Source: an uncultured Planctomycetaceae bacterium (GTDB taxonomy: Bacteria; Planctomycetota; Planctomycetia; Planctomycetales; Planctomycetaceae). Taken from it: a stretch of DNA of 34,999 bases. The notes beneath the pieces are model-generated. The model did not search any database and had not been told where the DNA came from. It worked only from the letters and a program-made list of their open reading frames with translations. Below are positions 1 through 12,077 of this stretch, one piece after another (the first letter of the stretch is position 1; every line of letters begins with the position of its first letter). The translations under genes were made by a program, and so were the position numbers. The stretch covers positions 124,001 to 158,999 of the forward strand of contig CAXBME010000020.1 in NCBI GenBank assembly GCA_963976765.1, given 5' to 3'.

Positions 1-112
1 TCGACTGATGGTACTGCTGAAAATCGACTCGCCCACTTATCCCACCTGCTGGCCGCACTGAGCCGATCTCGCCTTACTGCTCAAAATCACCTCGCGGCTT
101 ATTCAAACCCAA

Positions 113-1222
113 TCAATCCTTTGAACGCGACTCGCCATCATTCGAATCTTCGGATTCGATTGCTGCTGCGCCGTGGCTTTTCGGATTGTTGCTCCTGCAC
201 ACGTCGTCGTCCGATGGCGGCTGACGACTCCACCATTGAGCGAGCAACGAGCCGGTCAGCATGCACCCGAATGTGTAGACCGCCGTGGGAATTGCCGCTG
301 TCGGCTGGTCCTTGAATAATCCCAGGACGATCACCGTTCCCAGCCCGGCGTTCTGCATGCCGACTTCGAGTGTCAATGCTCTACGCATGCTCTGTTTGAG
401 CTTCATGGCTCCGCCGCCGAAATAGCCGGAGCAATATCCCAGCAGGTTAATCAGCAGCAGCACAAGCAGCAGTTTGCCGGAGGATGCAGCTTCGTCGTCG
501 AAGACGCCCAGCAGACGCTCGCGATTCAACGCGACGACGACGGCGATCAGCAGGACGATCGTTCCGTTTGCGATCAGCGGCGCCGCCTTCCGGGCAATAT
601 TTGATCCCTGATCCCAGAATCGGCAAATGAAATGACCGATCAGGACCGGGCCGACAACCTGCTTGATCAGATTCAATGCCTCAGTCAGCGGATCGATTTT
701 CACGAACGTACTCAAGGTTAACTGAAACGCCAGCGGCACAATGATCGGCGACAGGATCGTCGCAGACGTCGTCAGGCTGACGGAGTAGCTGACGTTTCCT
801 CGCGCCGCGAGTGTCAGTACGTTCGACGCCATCGCTCCTGGCACGCAGCCGACCACGATGACTCCGATCAGGTATTCGCGTTCCAGTCCGAACAAGGTGC
901 CCAGCCCCCACGCCAGCAGCGGCATCGCTGTGTACTGAATCAGAGTCCCGCCCAGAACCAGCGGCCAGCGCCTGAAGACTTCGTTCACTTCCGCAACACT
1001 GATCAGGCAGCCGATGCAGAACATGGTCAACTGAATCATGATGCCCAGCAGTGGTCGGGGCGTGCCGAACAGCAGGATTGAGTCGATTGATTCGACTTCG
1101 AAGTTGGCTGTCCAGAGAAACGGGTCGGCAATTCCGAAACGCGCCCACAGCAACGCCGCCGCGGAAGACAGAACGAGCCATGCCAGCATCGTCTTCTGAA
1201 TGAATTGTCCGGCTCGTTCCAT
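113..1222 (-). CDS. Bile acid:sodium symporter (SBF/BASS) family transporter
   Basis: 369 aa, many TM helices; motifs QYTAMPLLA, VGCVPGAMASNV and ALTLEVGMQNAGLG are typical of BASS; the start overlaps the upstream stop (TGATG). Confidence 0.92.
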   Translation of the reverse strand: MERAGQFIQKTMLAWLVLSSAAALLWARFGIADPFLWTANFEVESIDSILLFGTPRPLLGIMIQLTMFCIGCLISVAEVNEVFRRWPLVLGGTLIQYTAMPLLAWGLGTLFGLEREYLIGVIVVGCVPGAMASNVLTLAARGNVSYSVSLTTSATILSPIIVPLAFQLTLSTFVKIDPLTEALNLIKQVVGPVLIGHFICRFWDQGSNIARKAAPLIANGTIVLLIAVVVALNRERLLGVFDDEAASSGKLLLVLLLINLLGYCSGYFGGGAMKLKQSMRRALTLEVGMQNAGLGTVIVLGLFKDQPTAAIPTAVYTFGCMLTGSLLAQWWSRQPPSDDDVCRSNNPKSHGAAAIESEDSNDGESRSKD

Positions 1223-2016
1223 CAGCGATCGTCCTCGGTTGCAAGCTGTAGTTTCTCAATGAACTCATCGCTGAGACCGGCCTGTCGGCGAGCTTCCACC
1301 TGAAACACGTCACCCTTTGCTTTTACCGGGCGAAGCGGCCAGTCGAGGTGTTCGCAGAAGGCGTCCCAGTCGGTTTGCCCGGCGGGTTTGAGTTTTCGCA
1401 GCCACTCGATTCCGAAGGCGACGTGCTCGATTTCGTCGCGATGGATGACTCGCATGAGTGCGGCGCTGCGGTCGTCGCCGGCGGCTTCAAAGAACGATGC
1501 GAACTCAAGTGTGTGATCGAGGTTGCAGCCTTCAAACACCAGTGGCAGCGTTGCGATGTAGTCGAGGACGGACTTGAAATCGAGCGACTTCTTCCAGATG
1601 TATGAGTTGATCGGGAGCGTCCCAAAATCGACGCCCAGCATGGCGGCCCGTTCGGCGTGCATGCGAGTGTGTCGTTGTTCGTCCTGCATGATTCTGCAAA
1701 GGCCGATGCGGAAATCGGTCGGAGCGTCGGGGAAGAGCAGGGCGACGCGGGCCATTACCTCAAGAGCCTGGAGCTCGTGATTCGCAAAAATATGATGAGC
1801 GGTGGCTCGTCGAGCGACGTCTTTGAAAGCTCCGGGTCTGGGCATCGCAGCCGCTGCGCGACGCGGTGCAAACTTCAGATCGTCCGAGCGCGCAGGCTCG
1901 CGAACATCGACCAGCTCGCCGGGAATGTCATCGGTAAATTCGCCGGTTGCAGGCTTGAGCTTTTCAGCAAGCGATTCTGAAAACAAAACCTGCTCGGCGA
2001 ACGCGCGAACTTCCAT
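1222..2016 (-). CDS. DUF455 family ferritin-like protein
   Basis: HHIFANHELQA, DEQRH, EGCNLD and DEIEHVAFG di-iron-type motifs. Confidence 0.85.
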   Translation of the reverse strand: MEVRAFAEQVLFSESLAEKLKPATGEFTDDIPGELVDVREPARSDDLKFAPRRAAAAMPRPGAFKDVARRATAHHIFANHELQALEVMARVALLFPDAPTDFRIGLCRIMQDEQRHTRMHAERAAMLGVDFGTLPINSYIWKKSLDFKSVLDYIATLPLVFEGCNLDHTLEFASFFEAAGDDRSAALMRVIHRDEIEHVAFGIEWLRKLKPAGQTDWDAFCEHLDWPLRPVKAKGDVFQVEARRQAGLSDEFIEKLQLATEDDR

Positions 2017-2070
2017 GCGGTGGTCTCTGGTGGTGTTTCGCTGAGGCAGGGGTATGTCTGACGGGACCGG

Positions 2071-2496
2071 CTATTTCATCGGCGAATATTCAGTGGCCGT
2101 CATAAATTGCTTGTCGACAGACTTGACTATTTTTCCGTCAACGGTCGACGCCTGGTAAGCAGCTTTCCACTCAGGGTCGTTACGGAAAGCGTCCCACGAC
2201 GCGTCTGCCGCTTTCAGCGACTTGTGAGCAATAACGTAAATGAGCGTGTCTTTTTTATCGGTCGGGAGCCAGTAGGCGACGTTCTTCATGCCGTGCTTCT
2301 CAAAAATTTTCATCGTGTGGTCACGGAATCGTTTGTGTAATGCAGGAAGCTTGCCGTCATGAGTCGTGTAAGTCCGAAGCTCGTACACGACCGGGCTTTG
2401 TTTTTCGTCGCTGACGGCAGGTCGCTGCAGCGCGACTCCGAGTGACATAATTGCAATGGCAACGGCTGATGCGGTAATGGTTCGTTGTCGGTTCAT
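2071..2496 (-). CDS. Exported NIPSNAP family protein
   Basis: VYELRTYT...GKLPALHKRFRDHT...W.AF..DPEW; signal peptide after the ATG at 2496 (the ORF-track start at 2658 is probably too long). Confidence 0.9.
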   Translation of the reverse strand: MNRQRTITASAVAIAIMSLGVALQRPAVSDEKQSPVVYELRTYTTHDGKLPALHKRFRDHTMKIFEKHGMKNVAYWLPTDKKDTLIYVIAHKSLKAADASWDAFRNDPEWKAAYQASTVDGKIVKSVDKQFMTATEYSPMK

Positions 2497-2627
2497 TGTT
2501 GAGTTTCCTGATGGTTGGCTTGTTGAAAATGTTGTCGCCGTCGGACGAGGTTCAGGTCGATCCTTGAATCGTCGTGAGCGGCTGGCAACGTTGCGGATTG
2601 TTCCCGGATAGTTAATTGAGAAGGCAG

Positions 2628-3233
2628 ATGGTACGAAACATTGCTGTTGGCCGTCCAATCGAACCGCCAGGCCAGTTTGTCTGCTGGCTTGTCGCGACTG
2701 TCGAACTGGTGGTCGCGCTGGTGGTTATCGTCGGTGTTCTAGCGGATGCGCGGGCAGATCGGGGCAGGTCTGACTTCGAGAATCCTGTTGCCGTTTCACC
2801 GGTCGCGGTTCCTATGGGGCTGATCGAATCGGAAGCGATTGCGGTTTCTGAAGATGCCGTCGCGATGTTGACCGATCTTGAAAAGTCGATGCTTGGGACG
2901 TGGGAAGACGATTACAAAGGGCATCGGACGCTGACGTTGAACTCAGACGGCACCGGCACAATGGTTGTTGAACTGGAAGGCTTGGCCGCGACGCTGTTTG
3001 CAAAGAAGTTGACTTTTCAGGAAGAGTGGAGCGTTGTCGATGGCAAAATCACGATGAAGGCGACAGGCGGGGAACCGGCAGGCAAAGTCGGACTGGTACT
3101 CAGTCTTCACGGCGACTCGTCGATGCAAAGGATTGTCGAAGTGACCGCAGGCCAGATGGTTCTCGTCGAAGAACCGTCCGGGACACGTTTCGAATGGAGA
3201 CGTGTTTCTGAATCCAGGTCACCACAGAATTGA
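2628..3233 (+). CDS. Hypothetical membrane-anchored/exported protein with a beta-rich, lipocalin-like C-terminal domain
   Basis: N-terminal hydrophobic helix; MLGTW...TLTLNSDGTG pattern; start uncertain. Confidence 0.55.
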   Translation: MVRNIAVGRPIEPPGQFVCWLVATVELVVALVVIVGVLADARADRGRSDFENPVAVSPVAVPMGLIESEAIAVSEDAVAMLTDLEKSMLGTWEDDYKGHRTLTLNSDGTGTMVVELEGLAATLFAKKLTFQEEWSVVDGKITMKATGGEPAGKVGLVLSLHGDSSMQRIVEVTAGQMVLVEEPSGTRFEWRRVSESRSPQN

Positions 3234-3784
3234 TCGACGACGAATCGTTTCCAGACTGCCGCAACAGAATGCTGATAAACATGCCGCTTCCAAAGAACGA
3301 AGAACTTGCCCGCCGGCTGCTGAAAGTGTTGATCGATGCGGACGTGGAGTTTTTCGTTTGTGGGGGGGTTGCGGCGAAGGCTCACGGCCTGCGGAAAAAG
3401 ATCAACGATCTGGACATCGTCTACCGTCGCTCGCGCGAAAACTTTCGAAAGATTGTCGCGGCGCTCGCGCCGCTGAATCCTTATCCGAGAGGCCTGGAAC
3501 CGGGACAGATCGTTCCGTGGAACACGTCGGTTCTTCGCGACAGCTACAGCCTCATCACGGTGACCGATCTCGGCGATCTGGATCTGATTGCGGAATTGTC
3601 AGGCGGTGGTACGTACCAGGTTCTCCGTCAGCAAACGACGCGACTGGCGGCGCTCGGCCTGGAATGCGACGTCCTGAATATTCCGCCGCTGGCTGACCAC
3701 TTAATCGAATCCGGTCGGCCTAAAGATGTCCGTTTGGCCGAGCGTCTGCGGGCACTCTATCGTCGACGTTCTTCGGCAGGTTGA
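3230..3784 (+). CDS. Nucleotidyltransferase-family protein
   Basis: FFVCGGVAAKAHG...DLDIV (hGG...DxD) and C-terminal GRPKD; the true start may be the ATG at 3269 or 3281. Confidence 0.8.
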   Translation: MIDDESFPDCRNRMLINMPLPKNEELARRLLKVLIDADVEFFVCGGVAAKAHGLRKKINDLDIVYRRSRENFRKIVAALAPLNPYPRGLEPGQIVPWNTSVLRDSYSLITVTDLGDLDLIAELSGGGTYQVLRQQTTRLAALGLECDVLNIPPLADHLIESGRPKDVRLAERLRALYRRRSSAG

Positions 3785-4081
3785 ATTTCACAGGCAGGGC
3801 AGACGACATCGCTGTGTGACATTGTGGCTGTGTGAGCTCTTGTTTTCGCCACGGTGAGTGGCGGCAATGTGCCGAGTTTTACCGTCTCCGGTCTGGGCCG
3901 GAATTCTTCGATCACCAACGTTGACACTCTTGCCAAAACTGGTAGATTGTTGCGACTGAGTCTCAATTGCGTGGTCGGAACTGCCGACTGATTTACCTCG
4001 TGAGGCTTCAGTTTGACAACGCCGCGTGAGCATGGTGGCTCGGAGTGGCAGTTCTTCGTTCGGTTTCGGATGGCTTTTGCA

Positions 4082-4237
4082 ATGTCAAAAACGCTCTGCG
4101 AAATGAAGAAGTTGTTGAAGGCCGATTTCAAGGTCTACAAGCAGTATGTCTGCGGTGCGTCGCACGTTTGTATTAAGTGCGGTCGAGCTGCGAATGACAA
4201 AAAGCTGCTCTGCAAGCCGGAACGACTTGACAAATAG
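4082..4237 (+). CDS. Small (51 aa) basic Cys-rich protein
   Basis: MSKTLCEMKK...HVCIKCGRAANDKKLLCKP; ATG at 4082. Confidence 0.7.
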   Translation: MSKTLCEMKKLLKADFKVYKQYVCGASHVCIKCGRAANDKKLLCKPERLDK

Positions 4238-4726
4238 CCTTAAAGATCGCCCCGAAGACTCGACTGTTGTGTTGCCTTTCCCTGTTAAGGCGAGCCGGGT
4301 TTCCTGCTCCATCGGTCGGATGAGTCGTTGAATTTGCATTGCGGGTTTATTGCGACAGCCCGGCGAGACGCTCGGCACTTTCGGGCGTGATTGAGATTTG
4401 TCGCAAGCTTCTTGCTCCCAAGCGATCAGCGGATGGCTGCTTCCCAGCAGAGTCCTGACCTGCATCGCGTCTCCAGGATTTTCCGCGCCAGGCGATTTCA
4501 GTCTGGAAGTCAGGCCGTAGTTGTTCCATCCTGGTTTAGTCGATAAGTTGACTCTTATGTGTTATCGCAGTCTGGATGCGAATTTGGGGTCAACGGATTG
4601 CGAACACTGACCTGCTGTGTTCCCCCTGCGACGTCCATCCTTGAACGCTTTCCTGCGATCGCTTGTTTCGACAGGTATTTCCGCATTGGATTTAGCTTCT
4701 CTTCCGAACTCGATACGGGTGACGAA

Positions 4727-7700
4727 ATGAAATCGACGTTTATCTCTTCGTTTTCAACTTGTTTGATCCTCGCCGCCGCAGCCATGAGTGTTGCCGATGA
4801 CAAGCCGGCGGGGTCGCTTCCGGACGTCAGCTTCTACAAGGATATTCGTCCGATTCTTCAGGCAAATTGCCAGGGATGCCATCAGCCAGCCAAGTCGAAG
4901 TCTGCGGGCGAGTACGTCATGACGTCGTACGACCTGCTGATGAAAGCGGGTGAGAGTGATGAGGCTCCGGTTGTGGCAGGCAAGCCGGATGACAGCTACC
5001 TCGTTCAACTGATCACTACGAAAGATGGCAAGGCCGAAATGCCTCGCGACCGGAAGCCGTTGCACCAGACCGAGGTCGATTTGATCAGAAAGTGGATTGC
5101 TCAAGGTGCGAAGAACGACACTCCAGCTAACGCCGAAGTCCGCTACGACGCTGAACATCCTCCGGTTTATGCATTGCCACCGGTAATCACTTCTCTGGAT
5201 TTTTCGCCGGATGGAAGCCTGATCGCCGTCGCCGGGTATAACGAAGTCCTGATTCACAAAGCTGATGGGTCTGAAATTGCCGCGCGGCTGATTGGTCTGT
5301 CCGAACGGATCGAGTCGGTGCGGTTTTCTCCGGATGGTGGACGGCTCGCCATTGCGGGCGGCAAGCCGGGACGGATGGGGGAAATCCAGGTCTGGGACGT
5401 CGTTAAACGCGAACTGCTTCTTTCGCACACGGAAACTTACGACACGCTGTATGGAGCAAGCTGGTCTCCCGATGGTACTCGCATTGCCTTTGGATGTTCT
5501 GACAACACCGTGCGAGCCATCAAGGCGGACACGGGGGAGCAGATTCTTTTCAACGGAGCACACAGCGACTGGGCTTTGGATACTGTCTGGAATCCTTCCG
5601 GCGATCATGTGATCTCTGTCGGTCGCGACCGAACGGCGAAGCTGACTGAAGTGGCCACGCAGCGGTTCATCGACAATGTGACCTCGATCACTCCCGGAGC
5701 GTTGAAGGGCGGCGTCGCCACGGTCGACACTCATCCGACGCGTGACGAAATCATCGTCGGCGGAGCTGATGGCGTTCCTAAGCTGTTTCGAATCTTCCGC
5801 ATCACGAAGCGCGTCATCGGCGACAATGCTAACCTGATTCGAGAGCTGGCTCCGCTGCGAGGCGTCGTATTCAGCGTCGATTATTCGGCCGACGGACGTC
5901 GAGCCGTGGCTGGCAGCAGCCTCGACGGCAAAGGGGACATTTTAGTCTACGACACCGACATCGACACATCCGCGCCGAATGACATCAAGGCAATCCTCGC
6001 TAAGCGAGTTCAATCGCAGAGTGACGCTGAGAAGAAGAAGGTCGCCGAGTATCAGAAGAAGTCATTGCCCGTCATTGCGAAGATTGCTGTTGAGGATTCT
6101 GGAATCTATGCCGTGCGATTTTCGCCGGATGGCAAGCTGGTTGCGGCGGGAGGCTCGAACGGAAAAATTCGCCTCTACGAATCGGAAACCGGAAAGTTGA
6201 TCAAAGAGTTTCTGTCCGTGCCCGTCAGCGGCGACCGCAGCGTGATTGAACAAGTGGCGGCAGCAGCAAAGAACGCCGTCGACGAGGCTGCGGGCACACC
6301 GCTCGAACAGCTTTCAGCAGATCAGAAGCTCGTTTCAATCGAGTCGCTTCCGAAAGCGATTGAGCTGGCAGGAGCATTCGATAAGAGTCAATTGGTTCTG
6401 ACGGGACGTCTTGCAGACGGAACATCTCTCGACGTGACCAGAATGGTGAAGTTCGACGTCGCTCAGCCAAACGTTGTGTCGGTTTCGGGCAGCGGTCTTG
6501 TCCGAGTGATCGGGAAGGGGCAAACGAAACTGAACGCCAGCGTCGCGGATCAGAAGATTGAAATCCCTGTTAACGTGACGTCGGTAGAAATCGCCTCAAC
6601 GGACTACATCCGCGACGTGACTCCTGTTCTGTCGAAACTTGGCTGTAACCAGGGAACGTGCCACGGTTCAAAGGATGGTAAGAACGGCTTCAAGTTGTCA
6701 CTTCGCGGGTACGATCCGATTTACGACACGCGAGCGTTCACGGACGAACTGGCATCGCGCCGGGCGAATATCGCGGCTCCGGAAAACAGCCTTATGCTGC
6801 TTAAGGCAACGGGAGCGGTACCGCATCTTGGTGGTCAGCTTACAAAGCCTGGCGAGCCTTATTATGAAACTATTCGTCGTTGGATTGGCGGCGGTGCGAA
6901 GCTCGATCTGACTTCCGCTCGCGTTGAGTCGATCTCGATCGAGCCGCAAATGCCTGTCGTTCAGAAACTCGGAGCGAAGCAGCAGATGCGGATTCTGGCA
7001 ACGTACACGGACGGAGCCGTTCGAGATGTCACTGCGGAAGCCTTCATCGAAAGTAGCAACGGCGACGTTGCCAAGGCTGATGGAACAGGACTGGTCACGA
7101 CGGAACGGCGAGGGGAAGCGGCCATTCTTGCTCGATTTGAAGGCAAGTACGCAGCGACCACTCTGACTGCGATGGGCAACCGTGATGGATTCGCCTGGGT
7201 CGATCCTGAAAAGTGGAATTTCATTGATGGGCATGTTGCCAACAAGCTGAAGCGAATGAAGATTGTGCAGTCCGGGCTTTGCTCGGATGCAGAATTTATT
7301 CGTCGCATTCACCTCGATTTGACCGGCCTGCCTCCGACTGCTGACCAGGTTCGAGCCTTCGTAAGTGACAAGGCTGACACAAAGGCCAAACGTTACGCAC
7401 TGATCGACGCACTGATCGGCACTGACGACTTTGTCGATCACTGGACCAATAAGTGGGCAGACCTGTTGCAGGTCAATCGCAAGTTCCTGGCACCTCAGGG
7501 AGCAACCGCGTTTCGCAGTTGGATTCGGACGGAAATTGCTGCGAATACTCCTTACGACGAGTTTGCTCGCAAAGTGCTGACATCTGAAGGGTCAAACAAA
7601 GAGAATCCCGCCGCGTCGTACTTCAAGATTCTGCGAACACCGCAGGACACGATGGAAAACACGACGCACCTGTGGTTGGGGATCCGGTTTAACTGCAACA

Positions 7701-9829
7701 AATGTCACGATCATCCGTTCGAAAAATGGACTCAGGATCAGTATTACGAAACGGCTGCATTTTTCGCTCAGTTCGGATTAAAGACCGATCCAGCCTCCGG
7801 CGATTCAAAGATCGGCGGGACTGCGGTCGAAGGCGCGAAGCCGCTGTACGAAGTTGTGTTCGATAAGCCGAATGGCGATATCACTCACGATCGAACCGGC
7901 GCCGTCACTGCTCCGCAGTTTCCGTTTGACTGCGACTTTGAAGCTCCTGAGAAGGCCACGCGTCGGCAGCAGCTGGCTGCATGGATCAGTTCACCAGATA
8001 ACCCATACTTCGCACGTAGCTATGTGAATCGAGTGTGGGGGTATTTGAATGGAGTGGGGTTGATCGAGCCTCTGGACGATATTCGCGCGGGTAACCCGCC
8101 GAGTAATCCGGAGCTTCTCGACGATTTGACACAGAAATTCATCGGCAGTGGATTCAACGTTCGCGAGCTGATGCGGAATATTTGCCAGTCAAGAACGTAC
8201 CAGCTTTCGATTGCCACGAACGAGTGGAACGCTGATGACCACACGAACTACTCACACGCTACTCCGAAGCGCCTGACGGCGGAAGTTCTTTACGACGCGA
8301 TTCATCGAGTGACTGGATCTTCGCCAGCAATTCCGGGCGTTCCAGCAGGGACTAGAGCGGCTCAACTTCCGGATGTGGGGGTCAAGATTCCAGATGGCTT
8401 CCTGACAAACTTCGGTCGTCCCGCCCGTGAAAGTGCCTGTGAGTGTGAACGTTCGGTCGGTGTTTCGCTGGGGCCGATCATGGCTCTGGTGAGTGGTCCG
8501 ACCTTGGGGACGGCTCTTGCCGACCCCAAGAACGATTTGACCAGACTGGTTGCAGAAGAGAAGGATGACCGAAAGCTGATTGGCGAAGTGTTCCTGCGTA
8601 TTTTGAATCGCGAAGCGAGCAAGGAAGAGATCGACACCGTCGTCGCTGCGATGAATTCAGTTGACGATGATCACAAAGATTTGAAGGAAGAGCTGGCTCA
8701 ACGCGAAACCTGGTGGAAAGACGAGAAGCCTAAGCGAGAGCGGCAGCGTGAAAACGACATTGGTCGAGCAAACGCGGATCTGGAAAGCTATCGGAAGCAG
8801 ATTGCTCCGATGCTGGCTGAACTTGAAAAGCAGCGTGAAGGAAAGATCCAGGCAGCCGAAGGTGAACTGGCAAAATACCGTGAAGCTCTTCCACAGGCAG
8901 CTTCGAAGCGGCTCACACAAGGGGGCGATACTGAGTGGCATTTGCTGGAAGCATCGTCGCTGGCCGCTGTCAAAGGCGTGACTCTGGAACGGCTGGATGA
9001 TCGGTCCATTCAGGCAAGCGGCTCTGCCGACCAGGGGGCTTACACAATCACGGTCAATACGACTCTGGCCGGTATTACTGGTTTCCGTATTGAAGCTTTG
9101 CCCTATACAAAAGAAAAAGGTGTCGGTCCGGGGATGCCCGAGAACGGAAACTTTGTCGTGACGGAGTTTGAGGTCCAGGCAGCTTCGAAAAGTAAACCGA
9201 ATGAGATGAAGAAGATCGCACTTCAGAATCCGCAAGCGCCGTTTCTGCAGGGCGGGTTCAGCATCGCACTCACCGCAGACGGCAATACCGGGAATCAAAA
9301 TGCCTGGGCGATCGCTAACGCTGGCGGAGTCGTTCACTGGGCGACCTGGGAAACTAAAGAACCGGTTGGTACGAACGAAGGGACGACGTTCAAGTTTGTG
9401 ATTCATCAGAACCACAGTGCAAAGCAGCATCTGCTGGGGCGATTCCGGATTTCGGCAACGACGAGAAAGTCGCCTGGATTGAGTCTTCCTGAAAGTCTGC
9501 GAGCGATTGCACTGGTCGATCAGACGCAACGGACGGAGGCGCAGACGAAGACGCTCATGACGTGGTTTGAGAAAGTCGACAACGGCCTGCTCGAACGAAA
9601 TGCGGCTTTGGCGACAGCACGACAACCAGTTCCAGAAGACAAGGGAGTCACGCAGCGAAAGGCAGTGTTGGCGGCAGTCAGCAAACCCGTTCCGGAAGAT
9701 CCTCAGCTTCTCCGTCTCCGGACTGACGCGGGTTACAGCGAAAAACAGGTTACAGCAGTTCGCCTGACGACTGTGCAGGATTTAGCGTGGGCGTTGATAA
9801 ACACGCCCGAATTCCTGTTCAATCACTAG
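4727..9829 (+). CDS. Planctomycete giant exported protein: cytochrome c domain, WD40 repeats, Ig-like domains, DUF1549/DUF1553 (PSD1), coiled coil
   Basis: Signal peptide from the ATG at 4727; [21 protein letters not shown] repeats; [43 protein letters not shown]-terminal [16 protein letters not shown]. Confidence 0.93.
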   Translation: MKSTFISSFSTCLILAAAAMSVADDKPAGSLPDVSFYKDIRPILQANCQGCHQPAKSKSAGEYVMTSYDLLMKAGESDEAPVVAGKPDDSYLVQLITTKDGKAEMPRDRKPLHQTEVDLIRKWIAQGAKNDTPANAEVRYDAEHPPVYALPPVITSLDFSPDGSLIAVAGYNEVLIHKADGSEIAARLIGLSERIESVRFSPDGGRLAIAGGKPGRMGEIQVWDVVKRELLLSHTETYDTLYGASWSPDGTRIAFGCSDNTVRAIKADTGEQILFNGAHSDWALDTVWNPSGDHVISVGRDRTAKLTEVATQRFIDNVTSITPGALKGGVATVDTHPTRDEIIVGGADGVPKLFRIFRITKRVIGDNANLIRELAPLRGVVFSVDYSADGRRAVAGSSLDGKGDILVYDTDIDTSAPNDIKAILAKRVQSQSDAEKKKVAEYQKKSLPVIAKIAVEDSGIYAVRFSPDGKLVAAGGSNGKIRLYESETGKLIKEFLSVPVSGDRSVIEQVAAAAKNAVDEAAGTPLEQLSADQKLVSIESLPKAIELAGAFDKSQLVLTGRLADGTSLDVTRMVKFDVAQPNVVSVSGSGLVRVIGKGQTKLNASVADQKIEIPVNVTSVEIASTDYIRDVTPVLSKLGCNQGTCHGSKDGKNGFKLSLRGYDPIYDTRAFTDELASRRANIAAPENSLMLLKATGAVPHLGGQLTKPGEPYYETIRRWIGGGAKLDLTSARVESISIEPQMPVVQKLGAKQQMRILATYTDGAVRDVTAEAFIESSNGDVAKADGTGLVTTERRGEAAILARFEGKYAATTLTAMGNRDGFAWVDPEKWNFIDGHVANKLKRMKIVQSGLCSDAEFIRRIHLDLTGLPPTADQVRAFVSDKADTKAKRYALIDALIGTDDFVDHWTNKWADLLQVNRKFLAPQGATAFRSWIRTEIAANTPYDEFARKVLTSEGSNKENPAASYFKILRTPQDTMENTTHLWLGIRFNCNKCHDHPFEKWTQDQYYETAAFFAQFGLKTDPASGDSKIGGTAVEGAKPLYEVVFDKPNGDITHDRTGAVTAPQFPFDCDFEAPEKATRRQQLAAWISSPDNPYFARSYVNRVWGYLNGVGLIEPLDDIRAGNPPSNPELLDDLTQKFIGSGFNVRELMRNICQSRTYQLSIATNEWNADDHTNYSHATPKRLTAEVLYDAIHRVTGSSPAIPGVPAGTRAAQLPDVGVKIPDGFLTNFGRPARESACECERSVGVSLGPIMALVSGPTLGTALADPKNDLTRLVAEEKDDRKLIGEVFLRILNREASKEEIDTVVAAMNSVDDDHKDLKEELAQRETWWKDEKPKRERQRENDIGRANADLESYRKQIAPMLAELEKQREGKIQAAEGELAKYREALPQAASKRLTQGGDTEWHLLEASSLAAVKGVTLERLDDRSIQASGSADQGAYTITVNTTLAGITGFRIEALPYTKEKGVGPGMPENGNFVVTEFEVQAASKSKPNEMKKIALQNPQAPFLQGGFSIALTADGNTGNQNAWAIANAGGVVHWATWETKEPVGTNEGTTFKFVIHQNHSAKQHLLGRFRISATTRKSPGLSLPESLRAIALVDQTQRTEAQTKTLMTWFEKVDNGLLERNAALATARQPVPEDKGVTQRKAVLAAVSKPVPEDPQLLRLRTDAGYSEKQVTAVRLTTVQDLAWALINTPEFLFNH

Positions 9830-9963
9830 GCGATCAGGACGATGATTGACTGGCTTTAGTTTTCGTCAGTCCGCCAGGCCGGATGAGCGAAAGTTTCAAG
9901 TGGCAAACGATAACGAATCATTCAGCTTCTACTGACAAGGCCATTTACCAGGGAGTATTGGAC

Positions 9964-11433
9964 ATGTGGCGAATTGCAGGCGAACCCGGCAGAGATCTTT
10001 GCGATAGTGGCCTCAGTGTTTCACGACGAGACGTTCTGCGAGTTGGTGGCTCCAGCATGCTTGGACTGACGCTCGGTGGAGCGATGCAGTTGCAGGCTGA
10101 CGCGGCAGAGTCGCAGTCCGGGGGCGGGCCTGGTTGGAATAAAGCCAGGCATGTCATTATGTGCTATCTGCAAGGTGGACCGTCGCATTTGGATTTGTGG
10201 GATCCGAAATCTGACGTTCCGGACAACGTCAAGAGTGTCTTTAAGCCGATTGACACAAAAGTGCCTGGTGCTCAGTTCACGGAACTGCTGCCAAAGCTGG
10301 CTCAGGTGAACGATCGATTTACCATGATCCGATCGATGAGTTACACGCCGAACGGTTTGTTTAACCACACCGCTGCCATTTACCAGATGATGACTGGTTA
10401 TACGACAGACAAAGTCAGTCCATCCGGCCAGCTTGAGCCGCCGAGCCCGAAGGATTTTCCAAATTTTGGCTCCAACATCATTCGCATCAAACCGCCAACG
10501 GTTCCGATGCTTCCGTTCGTGATGCTGCCTCGACCGCTGCAGGAATCCAACGTTGTTGGCAAGGGAGGAACTGCCGGGTTCCTCGGAAGATCGTTTGACC
10601 CGTACACGCTGTACCCGCCCGGTGACGACATGGATATGGGCAAGATGGCGAAGATCAAGGTTGATGACCTGCAGCTTCGTCCAGACGTCTTCGCTACTCG
10701 CCTGGCTCGGCGAGCGAAACTCAGAGACAGCATTGTCAAGCGTATGAAAGTCGTGGACGAGGCCGTCAAGGATTACACGCTCAACGAGTATTACGACCGT
10801 GCATTGAGCTTGATTGTTTCAGGTCGTGCCCGTGACGCGTTTGATCTGGATTCAGAGCCCGCCACGATGCGCGAACGATATGGTCGCAATACGTTTGGTG
10901 ATTCCTGTCTGCTGGCTCGACGGCTGGTTGAAGCCGGTACACGAGTTGTCGAGGTCGTTTGGCCAAAGGTGGCGAATTCAAGTAATCATTCGTGGGATGT
11001 TCACAGCGGGTTGTCTTCCCGCATGAAGAACGAGTCCGGCCCGATGCTGGATAGCGGTTTGTCCGCGTTGATCAGCGATCTGGATGAACGTGGCATGCTG
11101 GAAGACACACTGGTCGTGGCGATCGGTGAATTCGGTCGAAGTCCGCAGCGAGGTGTCAGTACTTCTGGCAATAACAATTCGGACGACGGTCGTGATCACT
11201 GGCCGTACTGTTACACGGGGGTCGTCGCTGGAGCCGGCACCCATCGTGGGCTTGTTTATGGAGAGTCCGACCAAACTGGGTCGGCACCGCTGCGGGATCC
11301 GGTTCATCCCGGCCAGTTGCTGGCGTCGATTTACCATTCGATCGGGATCAACCCGCAGTCGATCGTCTACAACCATCTCAACCAGCCACGCGAACTCGTC
11401 AAGGCCGAACACGTACCCGCGTTGTTTGCGTAG
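9964..11433 (+). CDS. DUF1501 family protein (Tat-like SRRDVL leader)
   Basis: [37 protein letters not shown]; the usual partner of PSD1 proteins; start probably ATG 9964. Confidence 0.93.
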   Translation: MWRIAGEPGRDLCDSGLSVSRRDVLRVGGSSMLGLTLGGAMQLQADAAESQSGGGPGWNKARHVIMCYLQGGPSHLDLWDPKSDVPDNVKSVFKPIDTKVPGAQFTELLPKLAQVNDRFTMIRSMSYTPNGLFNHTAAIYQMMTGYTTDKVSPSGQLEPPSPKDFPNFGSNIIRIKPPTVPMLPFVMLPRPLQESNVVGKGGTAGFLGRSFDPYTLYPPGDDMDMGKMAKIKVDDLQLRPDVFATRLARRAKLRDSIVKRMKVVDEAVKDYTLNEYYDRALSLIVSGRARDAFDLDSEPATMRERYGRNTFGDSCLLARRLVEAGTRVVEVVWPKVANSSNHSWDVHSGLSSRMKNESGPMLDSGLSALISDLDERGMLEDTLVVAIGEFGRSPQRGVSTSGNNNSDDGRDHWPYCYTGVVAGAGTHRGLVYGESDQTGSAPLRDPVHPGQLLASIYHSIGINPQSIVYNHLNQPRELVKAEHVPALFA

Positions 11434-11470
11434 ACGCAGATCGTTGCTTTGCAGCTGAAGAATTCAAAAT

Positions 11471-11503
11471 ACGGCCCCGGATACAATGAGTATTCGGGGC
11501 CGT
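11471..11503. terminator. Probable bidirectional intrinsic terminator
   Basis: 14-bp stem ACGGCCCCGGATAC / GTATTCGGGGCCGT with AT-rich flanks, between convergent genes. Confidence 0.7.
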
Positions 11504-11562
11504 TATTATTGCACGAGTCTCGAATCGTACTTGCGAATTCACGTTCGACGCTGGTCTGGAAT

Positions 11563-12033
11563 TTACTTTGCAAATAGACCGCTTCTATCTCGGAAGCCTT
11601 TGAATTCGATGGCGTTTCCGGATGGGTCTTCCAGGAACATTGTCCCCTGTTCCCCTGGCTGGCCTTTGAAGCGAATGTATGGTTCGATGATAAATTCAAC
11701 CTTGTGGTTTCGCAGCCGATTGGCCAGTTCGTTCCAACTGTTCATGTCGAGAACGATTCCAAAATGCGGAATCGGAACCTGGTGACCGTCGACCGGGTTT
11801 TCGATCGAACGATTGATTGCTTTCGGATCGACGTGGCAAACCAGCTGGTGTCCAAAGAAATCAAAATCGACCCATGTTGAGTCGCTGCGACCTTCGGGGC
11901 AGCCGAAGATTTCTCCGTAGAACTGTCGTGATTCGCTCAGGTCTTTCACAGGGATTGCGAGATGAAACGGGGACAGGGATTCATCGAGGCTGAAAGTCGA
12001 TTCGGCTTCGGCAGAACTTGAGTCTTTGCTCAT
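11563..12033 (-). CDS. VOC (glyoxalase/extradiol dioxygenase) family protein
   Basis: PFHLAIPV, WVDFDFFGHQLVCH, VPIPHFG, DPSGNAIEFK. Confidence 0.92.
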   Translation of the reverse strand: MSKDSSSAEAESTFSLDESLSPFHLAIPVKDLSESRQFYGEIFGCPEGRSDSTWVDFDFFGHQLVCHVDPKAINRSIENPVDGHQVPIPHFGIVLDMNSWNELANRLRNHKVEFIIEPYIRFKGQPGEQGTMFLEDPSGNAIEFKGFRDRSGLFAK

Positions 12034-12077
12034 TCTGTATCCTTGGGGGCATTTTTGGCTGTTGGTCTGACAACGTT

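Noticed and set aside
3230..3784. Toxin-antitoxin (MNT-HEPN or AbiE) module
   Set aside because: No HEPN, antitoxin or HTH partner is adjacent; the upstream gene looks exported.
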